The position numbers were made by a program, and so were the translations under genes. Of a DNA stretch of 26,212 nucleotides, positions 8,115 through 16,213 are shown one piece after another. A model generated the notes under the pieces. The model was not told the origin of the DNA. It was given only the letters and a program-made list of their open reading frames with translations, and did not search any database. The stretch comes from a virus. Lineage: Duplodnaviria > Caudoviricetes. Each line of letters opens with the position of its first letter. Positions within the stretch are counted from its first letter, which is position 1. The stretch covers positions 1-26,212 of the IMG/VR virus record IMGVR_UViG_3300020042_006736; one strand, 5' to 3'.

Positions 8115-8595
8115 TTTGCCAGTGGAACATCTGGTTTTTTCTGACAACCGGACGCGAACAATCGGCGCAAAACGGCAGGCATTGCTAGACATTGCACGTG
8201 GCGATTACATTGCTTTTGTTGACGACGACGACGACATTGAGCCGGATTACGTCGCATCCATCCTCGACGCTATACGCTCGGAGGCTGATGTAATCACGTT
8301 TGAACAAAACAGCTATTACAACGGAGCGTTTTCCAAGGTGGTTTTCGGACTGAACAATCAGGATCACCCGTTCCAGCCTAACGCCATCACCCTCCGCGCA
8401 CCGTGGCACGTTTGTGTCTGGAAACGAGAACTTGTCAAATCATGCCAATTTGGGGAATGCAATTACGGAGAAGACATCATTTGGGCGCGGCAGGCACGGA
8501 AGAAAATCCGATCTGGATTCCACATTGACAAGGTGCTTTGCACGTATCGCCATGACGCAGAATTGACAGCAGCACCGGAACCTGTTAGAGTATAG
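8020..8595 (+). CDS. Glycosyltransferase family 2 (GT-A)
   Basis: LSILTPT, IGAKRQALL..ARGDYIAFVDDDD and YGEDIIW motifs. Confidence 0.9.
   Translation: MNMKLSILTPTIPSRNKQLAKLSEKIAKQIGDLPVEHLVFSDNRTRTIGAKRQALLDIARGDYIAFVDDDDDIEPDYVASILDAIRSEADVITFEQNSYYNGAFSKVVFGLNNQDHPFQPNAITLRAPWHVCVWKRELVKSCQFGECNYGEDIIWARQARKKIRSGFHIDKVLCTYRHDAELTAAPEPVRV
8563..8591 (+). promoter_or_regulatory. Putative promoter for neck and tail genes
   Basis: TTGACA(8563)-17 nt-TAGAGT(8586). CTGTTAGAGT is identical to the 4165-4174 segment. ATG at 8598. Confidence 0.7.
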
Positions 8596-8597
8596 CC

Positions 8598-8930
8598 ATG
8601 AGCCAGTTAACCGCATTTCTGTCATCGGCATCTGAAACCGGATTTGCGGTAATCGGGAATGAGCCGCTGACCGTCAATGGAGGAACTGCGGTAAATGCCG
8701 TGATGAACGACGTTGCCAATTCGCGTCAATACGCGGAAATCGGCATGGACACAGACACAACGCTGGATTGCGTTGTCAGGCTGTCCGATTGGACGGCGGC
8801 ATATACGGAAGCGGGGATTTTCTATGTCGGCAAACTGGCAACGGCGCGAGGTTTGTCGTTCCGTGTCGATGGCGTTGACGTAGGCACATCGTTTGTAACA
8901 ATCAGGCTGAAAGACATCACAAAAGCATGA
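8598..8930 (+). CDS. Putative head-tail joining (head closure) protein
   Basis: 110 aa, beta-rich, first structural gene after the capsid and GT block. Assigned by gene order. Confidence 0.55.
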   Translation: MSQLTAFLSSASETGFAVIGNEPLTVNGGTAVNAVMNDVANSRQYAEIGMDTDTTLDCVVRLSDWTAAYTEAGIFYVGKLATARGLSFRVDGVDVGTSFVTIRLKDITKA

Positions 8931-9616
8931 AAGTGGCAATGGAGTTCGATCGGCGCAAGTTGCAATCATCGCTGAAAAAGTATTCCAAGATGTTTGGGGA
9001 CAACACCGGGCAGGCTGTCACACGCTGGGGTGTTCAAGTCGGCAGGGAATTGGCATTTGCAACTCAGGTTTTTGGGAAAAACAAAACAAGACAAGGACAA
9101 TATACTGCCATGCGTAACGACGCTTTGAAAGTAGTCGGTATTCAAGATGATCCAAAGCGCAAGGTTGATTTAAACACCGCTGAGGAAATAGTTGCGTTCA
9201 TCAATGCTAACCGTAAAAACAAACACAAGCGCGTCAGAAAATTGCCCGCCAACTGGAAAAGCGTTAGGCGCAGGGCATTTGATAAGGCGATGGCAATAAA
9301 AGCAAAAAATATCGGCATGGCAAAAGGGTCGTGGTTAGGTGCTTCAATGGACGTAGCTAAGGCGCAAAAAGGAACCGCAAGAATCGGGATTGGCAAAAAC
9401 TACCTAGCATACGCGCAAAAGTGGGCCAAGCTAGGCAAAGGAAAATCAGGCGCGGCAGATTTCAAATCAGAATCCACTTTGACATCAACCGTGCCGTGGG
9501 TGGCTGACAAATACATATTGGCTAGGAATCACATTGATTACTCTACTGATAAGGCTCTGAAAGCAACCGTCAAGTGGTATCGAAAAGCACTAAAAGAAGC
9601 AGACAAAAAATCATGA
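8927..9616 (+). CDS. Putative neck/tail-completion protein (basic)
   Basis: Lys/Arg-rich, 229 aa, between the head-closure and tail-terminator positions. ATGA overlaps on both sides. Confidence 0.45.
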   Translation: MKVAMEFDRRKLQSSLKKYSKMFGDNTGQAVTRWGVQVGRELAFATQVFGKNKTRQGQYTAMRNDALKVVGIQDDPKRKVDLNTAEEIVAFINANRKNKHKRVRKLPANWKSVRRRAFDKAMAIKAKNIGMAKGSWLGASMDVAKAQKGTARIGIGKNYLAYAQKWAKLGKGKSGAADFKSESTLTSTVPWVADKYILARNHIDYSTDKALKATVKWYRKALKEADKKS

Positions 9617-10071
9617 ACCAAGTAAAACAGGCAGTAAAATCGTGGATTGACGACCAGAAACGAAGCTATGCATTGCTTGAAGACGTTCCTGTCGTGATGA
9701 ACGGCGAACAAGAAGACGTTGTTATGCCGCTAATTGTGGTAATCGACGGGTCATCGAACGTCGTAGAACAGAACGGGGTAAGGCTGCACGGGGTGATGGA
9801 AGTCGGTTTGACGGTAGAGCTTCACACCGTGCCGGAAGATACAACGCAATCCGGCACACCATACGCCGACGCGGTGACAATGGAATCCGGCCTGTTTGAA
9901 ATTCTAGGCAACCGTAAATCCTTGGATTTTCTAAACGCATCTAACGATTTGCAGGTGTTTGACAATCTAACAAGTTCTGGTATTATTTCCGTTAGAGACG
10001 AGCGACGAATCACATCCTATGACCTAGTCATAACCGCTTGTCTGAACAATCAGCAACCACAATCGACATGA
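9613..10071 (+). CDS. Putative tail terminator protein
   Basis: Acidic, about 152 aa, directly before the tail tube gene. Start 9613 chosen for its ATGA overlap. Confidence 0.5.
   Translation: MNQVKQAVKSWIDDQKRSYALLEDVPVVMNGEQEDVVMPLIVVIDGSSNVVEQNGVRLHGVMEVGLTVELHTVPEDTTQSGTPYADAVTMESGLFEILGNRKSLDFLNASNDLQVFDNLTSSGIISVRDERRITSYDLVITACLNNQQPQST
9959..9996 (+). promoter_or_regulatory. Internal promoter upstream of the major tail gene
   Basis: TTGACAATCTAAC (13/13 identical to 4147-4159), 16-nt spacer, TG-extended TATTAT (9981), GTTAGA at 9991. Confidence 0.68.
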
Positions 10072-10502
10072 GCCTTGCAACAGTTTACGGAACAGCACAA
10101 TTTGGACTAGCGGATGACGCGACAGCTACCGGCTTGTATGTCGGTTCTGTCAGCTTTGACGGCACAAGTGAAACGGCGATGGCTCCAGACCACATCGGAT
10201 GTGATGTTGGAATCGCCGTTTACAACCCGAAAAAAGACATTTCCGTCGATGGCATCATCAAAACCAAGGGAACCGGACTGGTCGATAACATCGGCAGCGT
10301 GATTACTTTGGCGAACACCACGAACAACACTCGGACACGGCTTAACGAGGGACTCGGTGATAGCATTTCCTCGGCAAGTGGAGCAAGTATCATCATCACC
10401 GGAAACAGCATCAAACCAACGGCAACGGGATTTGAAGAAGGATCAGTCGGTGGTATCTATTGTCCGTTCGTCGCCGCTGGAACCGTTGTCACGCTAACCT
10501 AA
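10068..10502 (+). CDS. Putative major tail (tube) protein
   Basis: 144 aa, G/T/S-rich and beta-like, upstream of the chaperone and tape measure genes. ATGA overlap at 10068. Confidence 0.65.
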   Translation: MSLATVYGTAQFGLADDATATGLYVGSVSFDGTSETAMAPDHIGCDVGIAVYNPKKDISVDGIIKTKGTGLVDNIGSVITLANTTNNTRTRLNEGLGDSISSASGASIIITGNSIKPTATGFEEGSVGGIYCPFVAAGTVVTLT

Positions 10503-10517
10503 TTTGAATTTTAGAAA

Positions 10518-11090
10518 ATGGAAAATTACAACGGCAGCAACTCGACGCAATCAGGCGACATTAACCTTGTCAGCGCGTTGATGGCTTGTGCAATACCGCT
10601 GAAAAAGGATTGTCCGCTTGACCTAATCAACAGCGAATCAAACGGCAGGCAATACGCCAGGTTTTCGCTAGAACCAGCAAGCGACGACGGCAAGCACACA
10701 TCACAGGCTTGTGTCGAACATTGGACTGGTATCAAAAAGCTAGTTGATTCTCATCCATTTGCGGAAATCTGCACGTTTATTTCAGCGCGTCCCGTCAATT
10801 CCATGTCAATCAGCGATTGGCTTGACTACGCGGTGGACTATTTGAAAGCGCGTGGAATCGAATTGCCAGGATTGCGTGGAATCTCTGACATTCCGATGTT
10901 TGTTTCACGATTCCCGACCAATCCAGAAAGCTACATTCTAGCGTTTGTGGCGAATAGGAAAACATGTTTTGACCTATTCCACACGGCCAAGCGCAGCGTA
11001 TACATGGAAAATGAAGGCGCGTCGGTATTGCTAGACATCAAGCTGCCACGGCATGAGCGCAACGATTTTTTAAGCAGACTTCAAGGATAA
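10518..11090 (+). CDS. Hypothetical protein in the tail module
   Basis: 190-aa ORF coupled to the next gene (TAATG). No motif recognised. Confidence 0.6.
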   Translation: MENYNGSNSTQSGDINLVSALMACAIPLKKDCPLDLINSESNGRQYARFSLEPASDDGKHTSQACVEHWTGIKKLVDSHPFAEICTFISARPVNSMSISDWLDYAVDYLKARGIELPGLRGISDIPMFVSRFPTNPESYILAFVANRKTCFDLFHTAKRSVYMENEGASVLLDIKLPRHERNDFLSRLQG

Positions 11091-11485
11091 TGAAAACACG
11101 ACATAACATATTGGCAACGGCATGGACTGGCGCACCGCTGATTCTAAACAAGCGGGAATTGGTATTGACGGCGGGACGCTACGAGCTTTTGAAGTCGTGG
11201 GGCAACGTCTTATTCAGCGACACCGAAAGCGACCAGTCGCAAACTCACGCGATGCACGAAGTCGCGCTATTGTGCTACGCAAGCCCGGCAATGATCGTGG
11301 AACTCCGCAAGATGACCGCTGATGACCGTCACAAGTCCGTTGTGGACTTCATGCTGGATTTCGAGGAAGAACTACCCGGCGTGATCGAAGGGCTGGTAGA
11401 ACGCATCACAGCGACGAAACTCAGCGCGGCAGAAAGCGAGGGCGGGGGAAAGCAGGAGGGCCAAGCGCAAATCCCCACTGGCTAG
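11090..11485 (+). CDS. Tail assembly chaperone (lambda gpG-like)
   Basis: Located before the tape measure gene. In-frame G GGA AAG slippery heptamer at 11446-11452. Confidence 0.72.
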   Translation: MKTRHNILATAWTGAPLILNKRELVLTAGRYELLKSWGNVLFSDTESDQSQTHAMHEVALLCYASPAMIVELRKMTADDRHKSVVDFMLDFEEELPGVIEGLVERITATKLSAAESEGGGKQEGQAQIPTG

Positions 11486-11694
11486 CGTCGGTGGAGTTGT
11501 TTGCAATGAAACACAACGTAAGAGCGGAACATTTGATATGGGAAACGGACATGAGCAAACTACTACAAATAATGATGGCAAACGGAATATCGTTAGGAAA
11601 TCGGTATCGGTGGGTGGCAAACATGGAACTTGATCCAGAGATGGAAAAACGCTATGATGAGCTAGCGAGAAAGGAATTTACATATGTCGATTAA
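11446..11694 (+). CDS. -1 frameshift extension of the tail chaperone (gpGT-like)
   Basis: After GGGAAAG the -1 frame is open (AGGPSANPHWLASVELFAM...) to the stop at 11694, overlapping the tape measure start. Confidence 0.72.
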   Translation, partial: GKAGGPSANPHWLASVELFAMKHNVRAEHLIWETDMSKLLQIMMANGISLGNRYRWVANMELDPEMEKRYDELARKEFTYVD

Positions 11695-12802
11695 CACAAC
11701 TGTAAAAGTAGGTTTTGACGGGACGGCGGTAAAAACCGGACTAAAAAGCATCGGCGGGATGTTTGGGAAGTTTTCCAAGGAAGTCGGAATCGGCGCGGCC
11801 CGTAAGGTCGGTGAAGTCGGAACCGATTTGCTTGGTAGAGCGTTTTCATTTTTCGCTGAAACTCCCGGAATGTTCATTGATTATGCTGGCGATTTGAAAG
11901 ACCTTTCTACGCTTACAGATGTTTCCGTCAACAAGCTGCAAGTCTTGCAAGAAGCGTTTCGTCTTGCTGGCGTAGCTAGCATGGACACTGGTAAAACCAT
12001 TGTGCTTTTGTCTAAGTCGATAAGCGAGGCGAGGGAAGAGGCACTTAGCGGCGGCGGGCCTATGTCGGAAATTTTCGACAAGCTCAAACTTGGCATTGGC
12101 GACCTAGAAAAAATGAAACCAGCAGAGCAAATCGAAGCAATTTTTTACGCTATGGGACAGAATGTGCCTAAGTTTGGCGATCAAGTGAAAATCATGCAGG
12201 CATTGTTTGGTAAAGGAGGACTTAAAATGCTACAAGCATTTCGAGACAATTTCTCAGGAACCATGGCACAAGCTGAAAGCGAAATTGGCAGCTTTGGTAA
12301 AATGACAAAAGAGGAAATAGATGGACTTGAAGCGTTAGGCGATCAAGCTGGAAGATTGCCTATTGTAAAGATGGCACTTTTTCGTAATTTGCTAAACGGC
12401 CTTTTTGGTGCGGGAGCAGGGTCAACGGCGGCTGATGAATTGAAAAAAGTTTTTGATTCGATAATGGTGGGAGGCGACAGCATGCAAGCATTTGGGAAAA
12501 AGCTTCGCAACACGTTCAAATACATCGAGCAAAACGGATTCGGGAAAATCTTTGACGACTTAAAAATTGCGTCCGAAACGTGGGCATCAGACATCGGGAC
12601 AAAGATAGGAACATCGTTTTCATCGGCAATCGATAACTACTTTAAAGGGACAATGCTTGGAGGCATGATTACAAAAAGCCAAACGTCGGCAATCCCAGAA
12701 GGGCAAAAAAAGGTAGATCAATCAACGCTGCACTATCTTTCGCAGGCGGTTGATATTCTTAAAAGCATTTACCGCGAAGGGGGAGGCGCAGTATTCCAAT
12801 GA
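11684..12802 (+). CDS. Tape measure protein (short, 372 aa)
   Basis: Helical and G/A/K-rich, with LKDLS..T.VS...LQ.LQ.AF..AG and LFGKGGLKML segments typical of tape measures. Follows the G/GT pair. Confidence 0.78.
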   Translation: MSINTTVKVGFDGTAVKTGLKSIGGMFGKFSKEVGIGAARKVGEVGTDLLGRAFSFFAETPGMFIDYAGDLKDLSTLTDVSVNKLQVLQEAFRLAGVASMDTGKTIVLLSKSISEAREEALSGGGPMSEIFDKLKLGIGDLEKMKPAEQIEAIFYAMGQNVPKFGDQVKIMQALFGKGGLKMLQAFRDNFSGTMAQAESEIGSFGKMTKEEIDGLEALGDQAGRLPIVKMALFRNLLNGLFGAGAGSTAADELKKVFDSIMVGGDSMQAFGKKLRNTFKYIEQNGFGKIFDDLKIASETWASDIGTKIGTSFSSAIDNYFKGTMLGGMITKSQTSAIPEGQKKVDQSTLHYLSQAVDILKSIYREGGGAVFQ

Positions 12803-13641
12803 GCAGCATTTCTAACGTATATGGGATTCAGCCTTACACTTGGATACCAGGGCCAGACTTCAAGGCCGGATTCGACAATAAGGGAATGTGGACGGGAAGT
12901 CAGACGTTTTCATGCCGCAAGTTTGATTTTGATTCCACGGCAATTCAGACCGCATTCCAAAAAGGGCAATCGGTAACGGTTCTTTATCCTAACTTGTCGG
13001 CAAAGTGGAACTTTCTAACGGTTGATGAGGTTGACCACGAGCATCAACCTGGCGGGATCACAAAGATTTTCGTCACCTATACCGGATTTTCAGCCGATTG
13101 GGAGTTTGACAAGAACGACGACAGCGGAACTTATGCCTACGTCGCAAGCGAAGCGGAAGCACCGATTATGACACATCCGGCATTTTTGGCATTAGCCGCA
13201 GCGGATCAACAGTTAATCGCACAAGTTGTTAGGGGGGAAATGAGAATCGACCCGACTAGAACGCGGCTATCTACGAACATTTATTTGTGCGATCAACTAG
13301 GACAAAACGGGCAAAACATCACAAACGCAAACGCTATCCTTTGGTTTAACATCATTTGCGACCAAAAGCAGGAAACCTACCAAGCATCGCAAATCGAATG
13401 GACGCACAGCGCAACGAATCAAGGCGGGGTTGACGCAGCGTATCTCGCCAAGCATGGATGGATCGACCCTGACCCTGACGGCAGTCCTCCAGTAATTGCT
13501 GGCAGGAATTGGAGACTAACAGGAATCACCGATAGTCAAACCAAGCAAGGAACGGAAACTACCAGCGATTATTCAATCACATGGACGATGAGTCCACCGG
13601 GGACAGTTTGGAACGTGACAATTTACACTAAACCGACGTAA
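12799..13641 (+). CDS. Putative distal tail or tail-tip protein
   Basis: Immediately after the tape measure gene, beta-rich, with a PIMTHPAF motif. Confidence 0.55.
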   Translation: MSSISNVYGIQPYTWIPGPDFKAGFDNKGMWTGSQTFSCRKFDFDSTAIQTAFQKGQSVTVLYPNLSAKWNFLTVDEVDHEHQPGGITKIFVTYTGFSADWEFDKNDDSGTYAYVASEAEAPIMTHPAFLALAAADQQLIAQVVRGEMRIDPTRTRLSTNIYLCDQLGQNGQNITNANAILWFNIICDQKQETYQASQIEWTHSATNQGGVDAAYLAKHGWIDPDPDGSPPVIAGRNWRLTGITDSQTKQGTETTSDYSITWTMSPPGTVWNVTIYTKPT

Positions 13642-14369
13642 TGGGACGACCAACGAACATTCCGATTGTATTGCCGCCCGTTGCTCGACGGGATCAACCT
13701 ATCACGGCAGATTGGGCAAACCAAGTAAGGACTGCGCTTGACCGCTTGAAAACCCGTGGGACAACGGACAAAATGATTCCGATTATTGGTGATACCGTTC
13801 CGCCGTTTTGGCCGAAAATCACAACTAACGAAAAATTTGTCATAACCGATGGATTTGTCGTCGATACTGAAGGAGGTATTAACAACACGGATTGCATGAA
13901 CGTGTATTACCCTACAGGCATAGGAACTTTAGGAGGGACGAGGACAGAGGTATCAATCTCTGAAGGCGAATACATTTACATAAAATGCGTAATTAGTCCT
14001 GACGGAATTGCGATAACACAAACGCTAGAAGTTGACGCATCCGACAAGGTGTCGTTTAACCCTGATCCCGTCGCGAGAACTGATGGCGAGTTTTGGTATA
14101 AGCTAGCGCAATACGTACCAGCAGCCGGCAGCTACGGGCCGCGACTTATTTATTACCTCGCCGGAAGTCACATTTACCTAAGACATCGAGGAGGAAACCT
14201 CGACTTGCGCGTGAACGTCGATCACATATCGGGCGGCACAATTTCGCACGTTTCGTATCACTATCTTGTTTTTCGAAATGGTGATTACATTGGGAAGTTT
14301 GAATCAACAGATACAAAACCAAGTGCAGAAGGACAACTTGACACGGACACAATTACATACTTGGCATGA
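13641..14369 (+). CDS. Putative tail-tip protein
   Basis: Translationally coupled. N-terminal PITADWANQV segment followed by a beta-rich domain. Confidence 0.5.
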   Translation: MGRPTNIPIVLPPVARRDQPITADWANQVRTALDRLKTRGTTDKMIPIIGDTVPPFWPKITTNEKFVITDGFVVDTEGGINNTDCMNVYYPTGIGTLGGTRTEVSISEGEYIYIKCVISPDGIAITQTLEVDASDKVSFNPDPVARTDGEFWYKLAQYVPAAGSYGPRLIYYLAGSHIYLRHRGGNLDLRVNVDHISGGTISHVSYHYLVFRNGDYIGKFESTDTKPSAEGQLDTDTITYLA

Positions 14370-14965
14370 CAGTAGCACTTTTAAATGGTCTTGGATCACG
14401 CGTTTTAATGTTGGCGAAGTGCATGTCAGCGCAAGTAATTCCTGATATTGATTGGGCAAACGGGCCGGAATGTCCGTGCTATTATCAGACTGTTTTCCCT
14501 AACGGAATACCGGGATTAAACATGATAAATTCAGAAGCAGGAAATCGCTATGGTTTTTTGCTTAACTTCAAAGTTGACGAAAGCCGATACCGTGAAAATG
14601 TCCGCACGATATTCTCAGCAATGGAATTACCAGAACCGGAATCGTTAGAGCTTGGAGTTATTTACCGTTCGCATTTTGGCGACACTATTCCTGACGCGAT
14701 TTTCTATCAAAATCTTGACGATGCGTTAAAAAACACTACCGGAAAAGTTGCTACATTATGCGACAAAAACAGGCAACAAGTCACATCGTTTATTGGTGAT
14801 AGAGCGATACCGCAGACTAGCGATGAAATGCAATTTGACTTAGACCGCAGCGAAAGCAACGTGCGGCCGTATTTGCTCGAATGGTGGCGCGTCTTAAATT
14901 GCGTCAAAATTGTAACAAACAATCCCGGCTCAACAACAATATGGCCGCATCAGTTCCTACATTGA
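14366..14965 (+). CDS. Divergent fucosyltransferase-like (GT11/NodZ-like) protein
   Basis: NGLGSRV (cf. GLGN), LGVIYRS (cf. GVHxR), ATLCD and LLEWWRVLNCVKIV...STTIW (cf. DL..LS.C..II...STFSW). Confidence 0.5.
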   Translation: MTVALLNGLGSRVLMLAKCMSAQVIPDIDWANGPECPCYYQTVFPNGIPGLNMINSEAGNRYGFLLNFKVDESRYRENVRTIFSAMELPEPESLELGVIYRSHFGDTIPDAIFYQNLDDALKNTTGKVATLCDKNRQQVTSFIGDRAIPQTSDEMQFDLDRSESNVRPYLLEWWRVLNCVKIVTNNPGSTTIWPHQFLH

Positions 14966-14970
14966 TTCTA

Positions 14971-14998
14971 TTGACTTAGCGGAAATCTAACATAAAAT
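14971..14998 (+). promoter_or_regulatory. Putative promoter with TCTAAC motif
   Basis: TTGACT(14971)-16 nt-TAAAAT(14993), TCTAAC at 14986, ATG at 15005. Confidence 0.65.
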
Positions 14999-15004
14999 GA
15001 CGAC

Positions 15005-15871
15005 ATGGCAATTTCAGCGGCACAAACGATTACGGGGAGCAACTGCCAAGGACAGGCGACATCGGCACTTGTCACTGGAATTGTTCAAATTGGCGCAAGT
15101 CAGACAGCGGTGCAGTTTCCAACGGCAGACATTGGTTATGCAATCGGAGTCGAAATCGTAGAGTCAGGGGGGTATGTCACAATTGACCTGCAAACAGGCA
15201 TAGCTACTCCGTCAGCGGCGTATGTCGCGGGAACGGCACAAGTTGAGACGGCTACGGTAGTTGCGGCAAGCGGATGCACAAGCAATGGCAACTGCTCAAT
15301 GACGTTTACAAGCACAGCAGTCACAGGATCTCCCGTTACAGTAGTTGTCGCGCTCACCACGGTTCTAACGACTGCTACGCTTGTAGCTGCCGCACTTGCC
15401 GCAGGACTAGCCGCAAACGCCGCAATCGCCGCACAATGGACAGTTACAAGCTCCGGTGCAGACATCATTGCAACACGCGTTAGTGATGCGAACGGCTACA
15501 AATACGCTAACGAAGCGACATCAGCAATGAACATAGCCATTCCAAGTGGACTTGGCTTAACCGCTGCACCAACAAGCGCAAACACGACTCCCGGCGTTGT
15601 TTCGTCCGGCGTAAACATAACAGACGGCGACGGCAAAGACTTTGAAGGTGTAACGCTTGTTTCAATGGCTCGGATGTATGGACTTGAAGTCAACGTTACA
15701 AGTGGCACCGCAGATTTGGAAAGCGGGTCAGCAGTCGTAGTGTGTCCATTGCCAGTAAAGTTTTGGAACTCATCTGGAATTACAAGCACATTTTTAACAG
15801 GCGACCTAATTCTTACAAGTTCAGCCGCCGCCACGAACCTAACCGTAACCGTCATCGGCAAATCCACATGA
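15005..15871 (+). CDS. Ala/Thr/Gly-rich virion structural protein
   Basis: Composition and beta-like pattern, own promoter, located in the tail and fibre region. Confidence 0.55.
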   Translation: MAISAAQTITGSNCQGQATSALVTGIVQIGASQTAVQFPTADIGYAIGVEIVESGGYVTIDLQTGIATPSAAYVAGTAQVETATVVAASGCTSNGNCSMTFTSTAVTGSPVTVVVALTTVLTTATLVAAALAAGLAANAAIAAQWTVTSSGADIIATRVSDANGYKYANEATSAMNIAIPSGLGLTAAPTSANTTPGVVSSGVNITDGDGKDFEGVTLVSMARMYGLEVNVTSGTADLESGSAVVVCPLPVKFWNSSGITSTFLTGDLILTSSAAATNLTVTVIGKST

Positions 15872-16212
15872 GACCCGGCAAATTCAATCTAACTCCCGTT
15901 GTTTACGGGGATACGTGGAATGGCGTTTCTGCCGTTTATTCATCCACCGGAAACACATTCGACAGTGACCTTGCAACGGTAAAAATGTCGTTTCGGGACA
16001 CGGACGGGACACTTGGACTAGCTTTGACATCATCGGCAGGAATTGTAATCAACAATGCCAACACTTACGACTTTACTGTTTCACCGATTACGCCGCTGAC
16101 ATTGGCAGTTGGCGTATGGTATTGGAGCATCGAAACGACATCGGCGGCGGGAGTTATCAAAACTTATCTTGCCGGAACATTGGAAGTCCTAGACGACCCG
16201 ACACGCGCATAA
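15868..16212 (+). CDS. Fibre-attachment or BppU-N-like small virion protein
   Basis: YGDTW...GVWYWSIE.....G.IKTYLAG.LEV pattern is common before fibre genes. Start 15868 chosen for its ATGA overlap. Confidence 0.55.
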   Translation: MRPGKFNLTPVVYGDTWNGVSAVYSSTGNTFDSDLATVKMSFRDTDGTLGLALTSSAGIVINNANTYDFTVSPITPLTLAVGVWYWSIETTSAAGVIKTYLAGTLEVLDDPTRA

Positions 16213-16213
16213 C

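Noticed and set aside
8221-8235. (GAC)n run
   Set aside because: It encodes the DDDDD metal-binding motif of the GT2 enzyme and is not evidence of a contingency repeat.
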